The notes under the pieces were generated by a model that was given only the letters and a program-made list of their open reading frames with translations, was not told the origin of the DNA and did no database searches. From the NCBI GenBank assembly GCA_964016885.1, contig OZ024742.1, positions 171,244,001 through 171,308,000 on the forward strand: a stretch of 64,000 nucleotides of DNA, in the 5' to 3' direction. A program made the translations under genes and the position numbers. Shown here one piece after another: positions 26,473 to 41,825 of the stretch. Position 1 is the first letter of the stretch; each line of letters begins with the position of its first letter. Origin of the DNA: Eledone cirrhosa (taxonomy: Eukaryota).

Positions 26473-26603
26473 CCAGGGCCTTTTCAATTCTACCAGAAGT
26501 AGCCCACCTTGATTGGCCTCCACCGTTTTCTGTTTTGGGTTTGGTCATGTACATGTATGTATATGTATGTGCGTATACACACATACACACACACACTGAT
26601 ATA

Positions 26604-26693
<90 letters not shown>

Positions 26694-26695
26694 AC

Positions 26696-26741
26696 CTTCT
26701 ACAGGACTAGAACGGTTTCATTCGTGAGAAATCATCAGGAA
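26696..26741 (-). ncRNA. Type-I hammerhead ribozyme (family D), in a fold-back pair spanning 26691-26860
   Basis: Minus strand: TTC-CTGATGA-TTTC TCAC GAAT-GAAAC-CG TTCTAGTC CT-GTA-GAAG. Confidence 0.6.
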
Positions 26742-26918
26742 CCTTCATGATTATTTCCTGTAGAAGCTCTTCTATATTAAAACATTTATACTGTGGTATG
26801 TATTGAGTATCGGGAATCAAAGAGGAATATATCCGCACCACATATAACTTAGCCTTGCTATATATATATATATATACCTATACATATATATATTCTTATA
26901 TATATGCCTATATATATG

Positions 26919-26989
<71 letters not shown>

Positions 26990-26999
26990 TTATATATAT

Positions 27000-27745
27000 T
27001 CTGAATTAGTTTAGCAAGATTCTTTATCTGAAAACGTGTGTTGAAACCGATATTGTTATGCTTTGGGAGGGTCATGTTGCCAATAAGAAACACACGGGCC
27101 AGTTGCTTTCACTTCAATTTATTATAAATTAAATTTATAAATTTCCGGTTGGTTGGTTGTTTTCATTTTGTCCTTAATTGTAAGTTGTGATATTGGTGTT
27201 CCATTCTTGTTTTCTATTTAATTTTGGTTGGAGTTTATTTATGTTTATTGCCTCTGTGATTTGTCTAAACATTGCGTCTTTTAGACGCAATGTTTAGAAA
27301 AGACGCAATAAATAGAAAACATGAGTGGAACAGCAACATCACAACTTACAATTAAGGACAAAATGAAAACACACACACATAGAACAAACAACCAACCGGT
27401 AACATGTAAATAAACAAATAAAGAAAGAAATATAAACACACACAGACACCCGGATGTAACACATGTGCAAACTAAGCATACAACACACAAAAAAGAAGAT
27501 GGCGTAGGACAGAACAAAGGAGAGGCACAAAAACAAAGAAAAGAATCCCCAGTCACTGAAGAGGTCACAGAATGTGTGACGAAAGAACTTTGACAATATA
27601 TGAACAATTGTCTGGTTGTGGAACCAACCAACCAACCGGAAATTTATAAATTCCTAAATTTATAAATTTATTATAATAAATTGAAGTGAAAGCGGTTGGT
27701 GCGTGTGTTTCTTACTGGCAACATGACACTCCCAGAGCATAACAA
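27000..27745. mobile_element. Family C fold-back pair in (TA)n
   Basis: An internally deleted antisense arm runs to the hairpin CTAAACATTGCGTCT-TTT-AGACGCAATGTTTAG (27265-27297). The sense arm carries an HHR. Confidence 0.8.
27552..27594 (+). ncRNA. Type-I hammerhead ribozyme (family C)
   Basis: GTCA-CTGAAGA-G GTCACA GAATG TGTGAC-GAAA-GAAC-TT-TGAC. Confidence 0.8.
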
Positions 27746-27820
27746 TATATATATATCAAATTAGAATTTATATATAGTGTATTGCAAAATACACTATATA
27801 TACATTCATATATATACATT

Positions 27821-27896
<76 letters not shown>

Positions 27897-27924
27897 CATA
27901 TATATATACATATATATATATATT

Positions 27925-27998
<74 letters not shown>

Positions 27999-28058
27999 TA
28001 TATATATATATATATATAAATATATATATAAATATATATATATATATATTATATATAT

Positions 28059-28276
28059 ATGGTGGCTGCCAACTTGTTTACGAATACGGCCACTACTTTA
28101 TATCTATGTAGGAGAACCCCTACCGATGCGCTGAACGAGTGTGACTTTTTAGTCCAGCCAGTGACTTGAAAACTCTGGTACAAACACCCTACTTGTGACA
28201 ATTATTGACACATAGTGCTGGGCCCATGGTACCATGTGACGACAAGTGCAGATAGATCTCCAGATATAAAGCAATG
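28059..28276 (-). mobile_element. RTE-derived short element, 3' fragment
   Basis: Homologous to 2943-3155. Confidence 0.65.
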
Positions 28277-28318
28277 CATATATATATATAAAGAAATACA
28301 TAAAATATATATATACAT

Positions 28319-28361
<43 letters not shown>

Positions 28362-28367
<6 letters not shown>

Positions 28368-28529
28368 GAAGGAAATTTGGTAAGGAATCAGATGGACCAT
28401 AACGCACCAAAGTACTCAATACTTAGGGTAGTAGAGTGGGTAATAGGAACGAGTAGGACCCCAACGGCTTAGTCCAGAATTAGCCGTCGAAACGGCTTGA
28501 GCTCAGCCGTCGGGGTCCTACTCGTTCCT
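28362..28529. mobile_element. Family A fold-back pair in (TA)n
   Basis: Antisense arm to ~28469, then sense AGTCCAGAATTAGCCGTCGAAAC...GTTCCTA+(TA)n. Confidence 0.8.
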
Positions 28530-28667
28530 ATATATATATAGGTATATGATTTTTAATGCAATGAAATACCAATGACCGTTGGCAAATCACTGATGAGGGA
28601 CTCATTTTATAACATGTTATCCATGTGCAACCATGCAGTATTCTTCTCCCCATATTTTTCACATATA

Positions 28668-28715
<48 letters not shown>

Positions 28716-29142
28716 TGTGTGTGTGTCTTTGTACGTATGTCTAGGTTTACAAATATGTATGATCATAAGACAGCAATATTTCAAAATTTAAATATATAGC
28801 GAAGTGTATGTGTCTATGTATGGGTGTGAAACAAGAACTGAAGGAATGAATTTCAATGAATTTCCAAGTGAAATGTGCAGATATAGGCTACATATGTTGA
28901 CTGCATCAATAAACTTCAGTGAAGCAGACGAGACTGCCAAGCTGAACCATAGAAATCTAGGCAACAGGAAGATAAGGTTAGAGTAGATGTAAATTAGACA
29001 TGACTGGACAATTGTTTCTGTGTTAAGTGGAGTTTGCGAGTTTTAAGTCGACTAAAAGTGGTGCTGTTACACATGAATTGTAGTAGCTATCCTATGCATG
29101 ATTGGCTGATAAATGTAGAAGTAATGCATTATAGTAATGTAA

Positions 29143-29281
29143 TAATTGTTTCTACTCTTGGCACAAGGCCAGCAAAATTACCCAGTGTATTACTGGTACT
29201 TTATTTTATCGACCCCGTAAGGATGAAAAGCGAAGTTAACCTCGGCGAGAGTTGAACTCAGAATGGCAAGGGCCGTAACTC
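29143..29281 (-). mobile_element. Meta-domain SINE, partial
   Basis: Core match to 38649-38827. Confidence 0.75.
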
Positions 29282-29339
29282 TATTGTAATAATGTAGAAT
29301 AAAACTACAAACTACAAAATATATCACTACATGTACGGG

Positions 29340-29528
<189 letters not shown>

Positions 29529-30407
29529 CGTGATTGATAAGTGTGTGGGGTTGTATATGAAATCATATATGTAAATATATGTTTAGACGCTCTGTAAGGA
29601 AGTTTAAAAGCAGTAATTAATCAGTTCTGGTCTCTAGCAACCATGCAGCGGAGAGCATTCTTACGCCACTGTGTCTGGTTCTTTAACCGTCGTCAGAGAA
29701 ACTTATTTCTTCTTGGATGTTAAGCCGAAAATTTGCTAAAAGCCTATAGGGTCTCGTATGCGTATGAACACCGACTGACGAAAGCTCATTTCCATACAGA
29801 TCAAAAGTTGGCAACCTCTAATCAATGGGAGGAGTGATGCTCTGACAAAGCGTCATTGATAAGCAACTGTGGTTGTATATTAATTCATATACAAAATGTT
29901 CATGTAAACAAACATTTTTATAATCTTGCTTTGAAATTTTAGACGCCGCTGTTAGAATGCTCTCCGTTTCCCTAGGCAAGTTTCGTTTAAACTTTCATTT
30001 GTAAATCGTCGGCGTCATTTTACGTTTTGTACAACCCTGAGCATTTTAGTGCTTGCACCATCTCTTTTCTTCTCAGGGTCCATGTTTTATAGCTAAACAT
30101 CTATAAATTAATGTTTTGTTTTTTGTCCCTTACCCCACTGGAAAATATTTGGCTTATGTCAGACGCTGCGACTCCGGATGGACCAGCAGTGCCGTTGGCA
30201 GCGGTAGGAAACTGCCCAAGTTCATCTCAACGGCTTAAAAAGTTTTTCTCAAGATTTCCCCTTAAAAAATTGTTTTTCGTTTTGCTTTGTTTCCGTTCGT
30301 TGTCTTGTCCTTTCGTTGTTAATTTTCTTAAGTTTATATATTTATTAAAATTCTACTTCGGTACCGAGATTGTATAGAGATTGTGTATGGACACACACAC
30401 ACACACG

Positions 30408-30517
<110 letters not shown>

Positions 30518-30561
30518 AGAAAAAAGAGAATCAGTATTGCGACGAAAGGAATTTATTGGAC

Positions 30562-30651
30562 ATATTACAAATGTTTCTCGGGCGACCAGCTCGAGGCACG
30601 ATCGATATGGTCATCACACCTGACTCTGAAATCAACACGGTCGTCAGATAC
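30562..30651 (-). ncRNA. Candidate hammerhead ribozyme with long stem II insertion (family E element, 30513-30660)
   Basis: Minus strand: GTAT-CTGACGA-(~63 nt)-GAAAC-ATTT-GTA-ATAT. Stem II pairing is imperfect. Confidence 0.4.
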
Positions 30652-30706
30652 GTCTCGATATATATATAAATATATGGGTATATATATATATACATGGCTG
30701 AATACA

Positions 30707-30982
30707 ATAAATGTAATCTGAGTTTTTTGAATATTAATAATAACATTCGATTCATTTGCAATTATGCAAACTAGTCACAGTTTTATAGCCATGTCAGTAG
30801 AATGAACACTTCATTCTTGCTCTTGTGTTGGCATACGAAGAGAACTGCAGTTCTGATCGCATGCCAACACAAGAGCAAGAATGAAGTGTTCATTATACTG
30901 ACATGGCTATAAAATTGAGACTAGTTTGCATAATTGCAAATGAATCGAATGTTATTATTAATATTCGAAAAAATCAGATTAC

Positions 30983-30988
<6 letters not shown>
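30707..30988. repeat. ~135-bp-arm palindrome (family F) in TA-rich context
   Basis: Arms are reverse-complementary around AGAACTGCAGTTCT (30841-30854). A related single arm lies at ~9420-9512. Confidence 0.85.
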
Positions 30989-31023
<35 letters not shown>

Positions 31024-31983
31024 TATATGGGTATATGTATTCATATTATGATTGTAATCTTCATTGTGTATGATGAGCAACTTGAATCCAGAGGCAGGCT
31101 ACATGCTACTGAACTATTACTAGGGCTCAGTGCTTGTGATTTGCATGATTACGCCTAAAATATTTTGAAATGAAACTCCGTTCCTCTTTCAGTTCTATTG
31201 TTATAGTCTTAGAGCTATTGTTTTAGGATTATATAATGGTCGAGTGGTTAAGAGATTCGCTTCCGACTCATTCAATCCTACAGCGTATCATCTTGTGTAT
31301 GTGTCGTTTACCGTAGACTTTGGTCAATCCGTGCTTCGTGAGTCAAATCTTGTAGACGGAAAAAATGATTGGAAGCTCCCCCGATGAATTGTACCTGTAA
31401 TTCAAAAGGCTAGCCTTGTTTCACACTGTGCCAGTCTGTATCTTCCCGTGAACTATGTTAAGGGTACACGCGTTTAGAATGTTAAGGTACTTATATGGTA
31501 ATATCATTAACGGCTGTTTCAATGATCGATTGAGTGGAAAACCGCTCTTCTTCAAATTCTACTCAGGTCCATCTCTTTCTGGTTCTCTGTCATAGTCAAA
31601 TCACAACAGTGTAGGAAGACAAGGAGCCATGTACATCTTCATTGTTTACATAAGTACCCACTTCAAAGATTTTTACAGCTTTCAATGCCAATAGTGTGAG
31701 GTTGGTGTTCGATTTTTGTACGTTTATTTTTGAAGAATTTGTATATGTAGAATTTTGATTCCCTCTCTGTTCCTCGCCCCAGGGAGTAAAGTCTTAAAAG
31801 CTTTCCTCTATTTTCAGCAGGTCAGCCGGTGCGAGGAGGAAAATATCCTTTGTGTTGAAGTGTTGAATACTTCCGATCTATCAATCAATCAATCAATCTC
31901 TCTTTCTCTTTCTCCCTCTCTCTCTCCAAACATTCATATTCTTACATATATACATACACACACACACATACACACATATAATA

Positions 31984-32071
<88 letters not shown>

Positions 32072-35000
32072 CATATGCCTACATACACATAACAGACATA
32101 CATACAAGATGACACATATTTACACCCATAGATATAAATGTGCGTGTTTATTGTTTGTTTATGTCTCGCACATTAGTGCCTTGGCAAAATCGATCAGCGA
32201 AAAAATGTACCAGAGTTGAAAAACACGTATCGGGTTTGATATGATTGACTTAAATTCCTTCAAGGTGGTGCCCTAGTATAGCTATAATCTAATGTGTGAT
32301 ACCCATACACGAATAAAATAATAGGAAGGGTTATCTGTTCCATCATGTACATGTGTATGTTGACAATATATTTTCTATTTCATATATCCCTGTAAAATAT
32401 ATTGAGAGTTAATTCTACTTCTGTTTTACATGGACCTGAAAATTGTTATATTAGTATTTATAGCAGGATGGAGTTGCTCCTGTATCACCATATTTTTTGA
32501 ACCATTAAAAATAGCACTGTAGATTAGTGATAGATCTGTTTTTATGGAGTAGTCCTATAATAAAAAATGCCAACACTGTGTTTATTTCGTGTATATATAT
32601 TTCAGACACATCTATTCTTTTCTTTTTTTTTTATTACTTGTCTCAGTTATTAGACTGTGGACATACTGGGACAACGCGCTGAAGGAATTTATTCAAACAT
32701 ATCAACTCCAGTACTTACTGTTTTCAGATTTGGTACTTATTTTATCGATTTTGTTTAGTGGGACTGCTAAACCACGTGACATAAACGTATAGTAAATGTA
32801 AATATGTGTCCGCGTCTAATCTTTTACTTTTACTGTTTGTTCATGTCCCGAAAAGAGAGATCGTTAAAATATGCAACCGACTTGACAGAAATATCAGTTT
32901 AATATGATCAACTAAACCGCATTCTAGGCAGTGCACCAACATGACCACCGTCTAATGATAAGCCTGTAAAAGAGTAAAAGACTATGTCCACCAAAACGAC
33001 AATAAAAATTAGCTTTTGTATTATATTTTACTTTTTTATTTCTAAAGCGTTACTAAAAATAATTATCTTATCGTTTCACCCCTTGGAAGTTATCCAAACA
33101 CTATGGTTTCGTTTTTAATTGGTCTCTTTTCTTTTCTTGTGAAATGCAAAAAGGTTTTAAACTCTTTGTGCTATACTTCTGCCATAAGCCTGGATGCCAT
33201 AGAGATACTATTCTATAGAATAATCCAAATAAGATGGTACAGAGCTGAATTAACCGCTTGATTACAACAAACAATCACGTTGGTCTAGAGGCTAAAGATT
33301 TACATTTCAAACCAACGCTAATTATTCTGTAATTAATTTGGTGTATATAATTCGAAAGATTCAGAACTTAAAACATGTTTTTCTACATTTTAAAGGATAG
33401 CAAGACATTTGTTAAAGTTAATGGATTGTTAAACTGAGCAGGTCAAGCGTTTAATTAGAAAGGCGCGTTTATTTTTTTCTGTGGAGGCTGTGAATTGTTG
33501 ATGTTGTTGTTGGTTTTGTGTTTAACCCTAGATAAGCTCTGGCTTAGTATATGTATGATCAGAAGAGTTTCAATCGTGACTGTCCTGTCTTCGCATATTA
33601 TAATCTTCATTGTCTGAAATTCAGTATTACGTTATCCAATATAGTCTTAAATAATATTTTTAGACCGGTAGGATGCAGTTTAAGGGAAATTTAGCTACAA
33701 TTCCCTGCATATTAATTGCTACACGGAGATAACCTTGTTGGCTCATAGAGATGTTGTATAATTCTGAGTGGAGGTATATTTTAAACATAAGAAATGTTTT
33801 CTAAAGTTACTAGTAGTTGAAACAAGACTAATCCTCTACACACTACCACGATCAATTGAGCGAACTTTCTACTCTGGTTTTCATTGCGTTAAATAGATGG
33901 AAATTTACATTGCCCCTGCATAGGCCTCTATGGTATCGCAGATAGTTATCCCATCCAACGCCACCTCCATTAATGTATTCATTTTAGCACTGCCACTCAT
34001 CGAACTGTTGACTGCTTATAGCAATGTATTTGGTTTTATATAAAAAAAATACATTTCTATTCGCATCATATGTATTTAAACAAATTTCCATTAGCTTATG
34101 TCATTGGAATTATGCCATTTACACATTTTATACACTCTACACTACTAGAGTAGACGTGTAAGTTTCTATCCAATGTATATATTGTAAGTAGAACTCGCCA
34201 TTCAGGAGTGTTCTCATCAGTGATATTGCTCATATATATAATCACTATTACGATATTCCCTCTGTTTCAATATATACTGATAACTTCTGGGTCTTGTCAA
34301 CTGAGAAGGTCTAATAAGACAGAAATTTGTTCGCTGCTTTCACCAATTGATTTTAATGACAATATCTACTATCTGCATTATTTCTGTTTTCCTAAAATTC
34401 TGATTAACTGATTTTATTTGTATTATCTCGCGTGTTTGGCGTTTTTAAATGTTCAACACCATTGGAGGTTGTTTTTCTACAAATTGTATAGGTGATATCA
34501 GTTAACTGACTTTATTATATAGCAGAGATATGCTGAGTATTTTAAAGATATTTAGTGTATTAGAGATGGAAGGAGTGTTACATCTGAAACAGAAAATGAT
34601 CTCTGGAGCCCATGGTTAATTTTCCGGTGAACAAATCAGCTGGACCTTGTGTATCTTCAAGATATTTGAACGTCAGTTATATTATACAAACTAGGACAAG
34701 TAGAACTGTGAGACATCTCTCTCCACATTCAACTAACGTACGTGAATATTAAGTTTGAAAAATTCTCATAACACTTTCATGATATTTAATGAAGACAACT
34801 AAGTCGTAGTTGAGAACACACTGCTTATTTTTACGTTTTATACGCACAGGAAGCTGATAATTAGAATGGAATTGTTCGTGGATTAAATAGTCAAGATATT
34901 TAGTTGAGTTTATATCTGGAGAGAATCTCGTCTCAGGAATTTCACAGTTTACAAAATGACAGACGTAATCAGGCAAATTCTAGACGGAAGTATTCTTATG

Positions 35001-35458
35001 TTTGTTAATCCACACCAGTTCTCGACTGCCTTCATCCACAACCAGATAAGTAGCTAAAACGAAACGGAACAGTATGCGCTAGACTATGAAATAATCTAGC
35101 AAAAGCTTCCCAAGAGGTATTTGTCATTAGAAAAGATAAGAAAGCAAATATTTGTACGCTTCTGCTGTGAAATATTTATAAGTAACTTGATATCAATGCT
35201 ATAGACCACCCTTCTTTTCTGGTGTTCTCATAGCTTCTCTTCTTTTTCACTTTTCTTGAAATGCCATATGAATTTGTAACATTTCATACGCAGGCTTTAC
35301 TCTTCACTAACGTTTCTGTATCTCATGGGAGACTTGCATGTGTGTATATATGTATGTACACACACACACACACACACACATATATATTTATATTTATATT
35401 TATATACACACACAGACACACACATATATATATTAAACATACATACACACATGCATTC

Positions 35459-35490
<32 letters not shown>

Positions 35491-35492
35491 GC

Positions 35493-35657
<165 letters not shown>

Positions 35658-36089
35658 TTTATATATATATATGAATGGCGCTAATAAACAACCTCCTATA
35701 GAGTGTTATCTTAAGCATTCTTTTCCCCCACCCAGTAATACTTAAGAAATCAAGGACTCAAAATTTAAGCAGCTAATATTATCAGCGTTATTCTTCCATA
35801 TTATAAATCTCGTCTCTAACGATTTGCAATAATTTTCTGCTGCTTGTGTGTTATCTCCCTTGTAAGTGCTGTTGAAATACTTCAGGTGGCTTGCTTAATC
35901 TATTCTTGAATAGATTAAGGTGAGAGTGGAGCAGCACAACTCGTCTTGAAATTACTTCTCTTATTCGTTATTTCTCTTTTATAATTCTAAGTATCATAAC
36001 GTACGTACATCGCTAACTCTCAGTCTCTCTCTACCACGTTCTCTTCTCTTCTGTGTGTGTCTATCTTTGTACCGAGATCTGTATAGATA

Positions 36090-36152
<63 letters not shown>

Positions 36153-36219
36153 TATATATTATATATAATATATAATATATATATGCATATATTTTTATTT
36201 AATGTACCCACATATACAC

Positions 36220-36295
<76 letters not shown>

Positions 36296-38648
36296 ATTTC
36301 TACGCCGGCAAACGAAACTAACGCTATGATTTCGTTCAGGCAAATAAAAATAGCAGCCAAATGTTCCTCAAAGGCCACCTTATTCTCATACATATACACA
36401 CACTCACATACATAACAGGTAAATTGCATATACTATTTAGAGTTTGACCGGTGAGGTCCATCCAACATAATAATTCATTTAACATTTACAACCTATACAA
36501 TGTAGAGAGCAGCCATGTTTTGATAGTGGCTAGCGCCCACTGTCATTACTACTGGATAGTGTGACCCTGTATTACACGAGTACCTAGAACCTGATTCTAT
36601 TTAGAGTAATGAAATCCCTTCTTCAGGTAATAGCTAATGACTTGTCATGACTTCAATGCAAGGTGTCCCTGTCTTATGCGAGTCCCAGACTCACCTGGCT
36701 CTGGTTGATAGTATCTAGAAATGTGCCCTATCTATGGTTATAAAAATCATCCTATTGCATATCGAAACAACGCTTCTAAATAGTCCACGTTAACAAAGGG
36801 TTAAGAATGCGAGTCCACTAACATTCGTTTCAGTAACCATTATTGTAACCTTAATTGCGAGGTTTTGCCTAATGTTCTTTGGGAGTAACTGGAATTAAAG
36901 AAGAAAAACAACGGGGAAATATTAAAACTGTTTTCCATATACTACCACTGTAAATATTTTAAACTGTGATTAAACACCAGTTACATTAGTACCCACGAAG
37001 GAGCTGTGCATGTGTATTTCAGGATATGTGTCCATCTTCTGCAATGCCCACTTACCCCGGAATACATAGGCATAGAAGCTATTACTTTCTTATGGATTTT
37101 GTAGAAAGTCTATTTACATATAATGCAAGCTTGCATGACTAGTATTAATTAGTGATATCACATATGCAGCGTAGTTCATACGTATATGAACCCATATCCA
37201 ATAAATGTATGTATAATAGACAAACATGTAGTCGCCCAATGAGTATTTTAGGCTTGATATTAAACGACATTTAAAAAAAATCGATAACTGCGCACGAACG
37301 TATAAACCAAAACGAAAAGTTTCAGATGAAGTCATTTTGAATTTCAAATTAAAAAAACTACAGACACCAAAATGTCTTTCATTATTTAGCAGATCTTTAA
37401 TTAATTAAAATGCCTACGAATCAGATTTCCAATGTTTAATTTCACTGATCCGTCGTTCCATTATTTCTGACCTTATAAAACATTTGTGAATTACAATTTC
37501 AAATCACGTCATATTTTTTTTATTTTTTGACTCTATAAATTTTTTATGTATTTTATTGCATGGGCTGATCACTTCATCGACTTGCAGTTGGAAATTTTAG
37601 AATGTTCAACCGATCAGTCGTTAATTATGTAAGGGTATATAATTCCGATCTCCATTAGCTGAAATCTTTCTACATCATATTATGAACAACTCATTTCTAA
37701 GGAAATTTGAATTCGGTAGCTGTTCTACATATAACTTTCGTTTTAGATATCCATAAAGATTTTATAGGTAATCTACGAGAGACATCTACAAGCAAGAGTA
37801 GACATGCTTAAATTCAATGGAAGATTAATTGTATTCCATTGGGAAATACATATTCACAGAATTTTAACAGCTGGACAACGAGATCGCCGGCCAGAACATA
37901 ATGCTTGCATTATATAGAGGGTTGACGGAGCATATGAAAGACGATGGCCTGGAAGTGGCTCAGTGCATCAACGAGGACAGTTTGAGTATACATTCTAGGA
38001 GAATGTTCGGGTATTGGATTATGCATAATTTCCAAAAATATTTGGCACGGCAGTGTTACCGTGGCCATTACTGGCGTCCGAACAGTCGTTCACGTGCGAA
38101 ACCGAGAATACCGTCGTACACGTTATCATTGAAATAGCTGGGATGTTTCTAGCTTTGACAAATTCATTCCTGGGCTGACAAAACAAAAATTGTAACAACT
38201 GGCCTTGGATTGATTTAAATTCTTCCCTCTTTGCAGTGCTATACTTTTAATAGTTTCAATCATTACAGGGTGGCCATGCTAGAGTGCCCCATTGAAGTCA
38301 TCAGGTCGATCATATCGATCCATACTTATTTTACCGATCTCATTGTTACGGGTTTTAAACACTGACATATATAGAAACAGTAGAAGACACATATACACAA
38401 ACAAATACACACACACACACATATACACACACACAAATACACACACACATATACATCATACATACATCTGCATTTTGCGTCTAAACGTTTCACTGGCACG
38501 ACATTTATCAGACCGAGGCTATAGTAGAAGGCACCTACCCAAGGTGCCCACGATGCTGTGGATGTGAAACCCGAACTACCTGGCAGCAAATGGAATTCTT
38601 TAACGACACATATATCTGCGTCTACATTTATGATAACCATTCATTATT

Positions 38649-39008
38649 GGCAGTATCGGTAGAGTGTCGGACGCCATGCTTTCTAGCATAGTTACGTCCC
38701 TTTACGATCTGAGTTCAAATCCCGCCGAGGTTGACTTTGCCTTTCATCCTTACGGGGTCGATAAAATAAAGTACCAGTAATGCACTGGGTAATTGCTGGC
38801 CTTGTGCCTAAAGTAGAAACAATTATTTTGGCAGTAACGGTAGAGGGTTGGACAACAGGCTTTGCAGCACAGAGTTATACTCCTTTCTGATCTGAGTTTA
38901 AATCCTGCCGAGGTTAACTTTGCCTTTCATCTTTACAGGGTCGATAAAATAAAGTACCCCTAATGTACTGGGTAATTGCTGGCCTTGTGCCAAAAGTAGA
39001 AACAATTA
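38649..39008 (+). mobile_element. Two tandem full-length Meta-domain SINEs (~180 bp each)
   Basis: Each has GGCAGTAxCGGTAGAG (A box), GAGTTCAAATCC (B box), the Meta core and an ATT tail. Confidence 0.85.
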
Positions 39009-39776
39009 TTTATAGTCTACCTTTCATGATGTCAAAATGGGTAAACTTCCATCTCATTAAAAAAAAAATGATATAATTTGTTTTTGTTTTTTTTATGAAA
39101 TGATGTTTAAATCTCATTTATCATCCCACTTATTAAGCAGTGATTACATAATTTTATTAAATAGATGGTAATGTTAACAATAATGTAAGGAAACTGTGGC
39201 TTCTCTTGCATCAACAATCCCATTAAATTAGTTTTAATTCTTCAATAATGTCAATATGTTACATTTGAACTCAGTTTTATTATTTTCAATAAACTTGTTG
39301 AGGCTTGAAAATAGCTGATATAATAGCTGAGCAGTAAATTCGATTTGAAAATGTGAAAATGTCAAATAATAAACCATATTAATATATCATGAAATGTAAA
39401 ATAATGTTTAAATTTAATAAAAATAAAAGATGTATTGGAGGTAAAGGCATAGCTGCGTGACTATGGGGTTTCAGGTTAGCTTCTAATGCGTGGCACTTTG
39501 AGCGATTGGTGACTTTTTATATAGTCTCCAGTCGACAATTGCTTTGTGAGCAACATTTCATGGATGGAAACTGCAGACGACCGTCATATACATACATATA
39601 TGCATACATACGTACATACATGCATGCATATATGCATACATACATACATACATACATACATGCATACATACGTACATACATGCATACATATATACATACA
39701 TGCATACATACGTACATACATACATATATACATACATGCATACATACGTACATACATGCATATATATATATATATA

Positions 39777-40343
39777 TGGTGGCTGCCAACTCGTTTTCGA
39801 GTACGGCCACTACTTTATATCCATGTAGGAGAACCCCTACGGATGCGCTGAATGTGTTTGACTTTTTAGTCCAGCCAGCGACTTGAAAACTCTGATACAA
39901 ACACTACACTTGTGACAATTATTGACATATAGTGCTGGGCCCATGGTACCATGTGACGACAAGTGCAGATAGATCTCCAGATATAAAGCAATGCCTGTGC
40001 CGTGAAGCTTTTATAGTGAGCAAAGGCACTGCACAAAGCCAGTCCCTCTCTCTTAACCAAGATGATATTTACCAAAAAGAAGAACAAGTCAACATCATTG
40101 GATACCATCAGGGTTGCAGGTGTTATATCAGAGTTTTCCTTCTCCTAGAATTCTGCCTTGACAAAGGCTATGGGGTCATCTCTCCCGGTGATTTTGGATG
40201 GCCATTGACTCTTAAGAGCTCCTTTGCCCTTTGACAGGTTTTGTTTTTAGTCCTGCAGAATGTCAAAAGTCACCCTCCTCACCAAAAAACCTTGGTGGGG
40301 TTGCCAGTTTAGTCGCCAACGACCCGACCATGAGACAGGTTGT
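39777..40343 (-). mobile_element. RTE-derived short element in a (CATA)n/(TA)n array
   Basis: Close copy of 2943-3505. Confidence 0.65.
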
Positions 40344-41628
40344 ATATATATATACATACATACATTCATACATATGTACATACATGCGTACATATATACA
40401 TATTCATATAGGTGTTTGTGCGTGGGGGTACATTTGTTTTTACATAAATTACGAGGTCGACAAGAAAGTGCTCAATAAAATGAGTAAGTATGGTCAACTA
40501 AATCTGTTCAAAGCAATGCCCAAACATGACCACGGTCTAATAACTGAAGCCATTCAAAAATAAAAAATATAGATGTAAACTTCGTATTTAGATCACTGGA
40601 ATGATTTGATAATATATGGGACCAGACAAGGCTGTATGTTTTATTGATTGTATCACCTTATTGGCTCTAGTAAAGGGGCGTGGATTAGTGGTTAGAGAAT
40701 TCTGTTTCTGATCATAAGTTCAAAAGATGGATTTCAGACGGGACCTTGAGTCCTTGAAGAAGAGAAATAAATTCATATTACTCTAGTCCATTCAGCTCGT
40801 AAAAAGGATTTGTACGTGTAATGTAGAATACCAGCCTTGTCGCTCTGAATTTCTCTAAGTAATGGGTACAGCCTCACGCATGTTAATATTACGAGAAGAT
40901 TGTTCCGTTGATCGAATCAACTGGAACACTCACCGTGGGAACAGATGGAGGTGAAACTCTGTTTCTACTTATGGTGAATGCTGTAGAGAAATGTAATGTC
41001 AACGTCAACAGAGTTGTTTGTCAACTGCTGATTACTGTTTGTTATAAATATATCCACTAGCGTTACTCATATTTATTACCTGTTTTCCCAATGTTATGGT
41101 CATAATAGAAGTATCGAAGACAGAAACCTTCCATACTTACCATATAAATATGTTTATAACCCCCCCCCCCAAACAAACAAAAAAACAACAACAAAAAAAC
41201 AACAAAAACAACAACAACAACAACAGATGTGTACATATATATATATACATTACATACACACATACGAACACCCCAACCCCATATATATGAATATCCCTTG
41301 TGATACACGTGGAAGTAATAATTTATACCTTTCAACATTGTGAATTATATCCTATTTAAAGGTATTATTATATTATCTTCAAAATCACGATACACGTTAT
41401 TATATTGAATTTCATGTTACCTGGGTAAAAAAGTAACACATTAAGCATTAAGAACGCTTATAAACGATCACATGCATAAACACACACTTACCATACTCAC
41501 ATACACACTTACCACACACACTCACACACATGCTAATATATATATGTAAATAAATATAAGCGTGTGTGTGTATAAATATATATATTTATATATGCTTCCA
41601 GAAGTAGTATGTACATTGTTATGGAGTG

Positions 41629-41687
<59 letters not shown>

Positions 41688-41708
41688 CATATATATATTA
41701 TATATATA

Positions 41709-41825
<117 letters not shown>

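Noticed and set aside
34200-35100. Protein-like minus-strand stretch (ORF 34749-34976)
   Set aside because: Interrupted by stops with no recognisable motif. At most an old unclassified element.
36479-36804. piggyBac-like MITE ending AAAGGGTTAA
   Set aside because: No matching second TIR could be verified.
38649-38730. tRNA gene
   Set aside because: A/B boxes are present, but this is the head of a multi-copy SINE with no complete cloverleaf.
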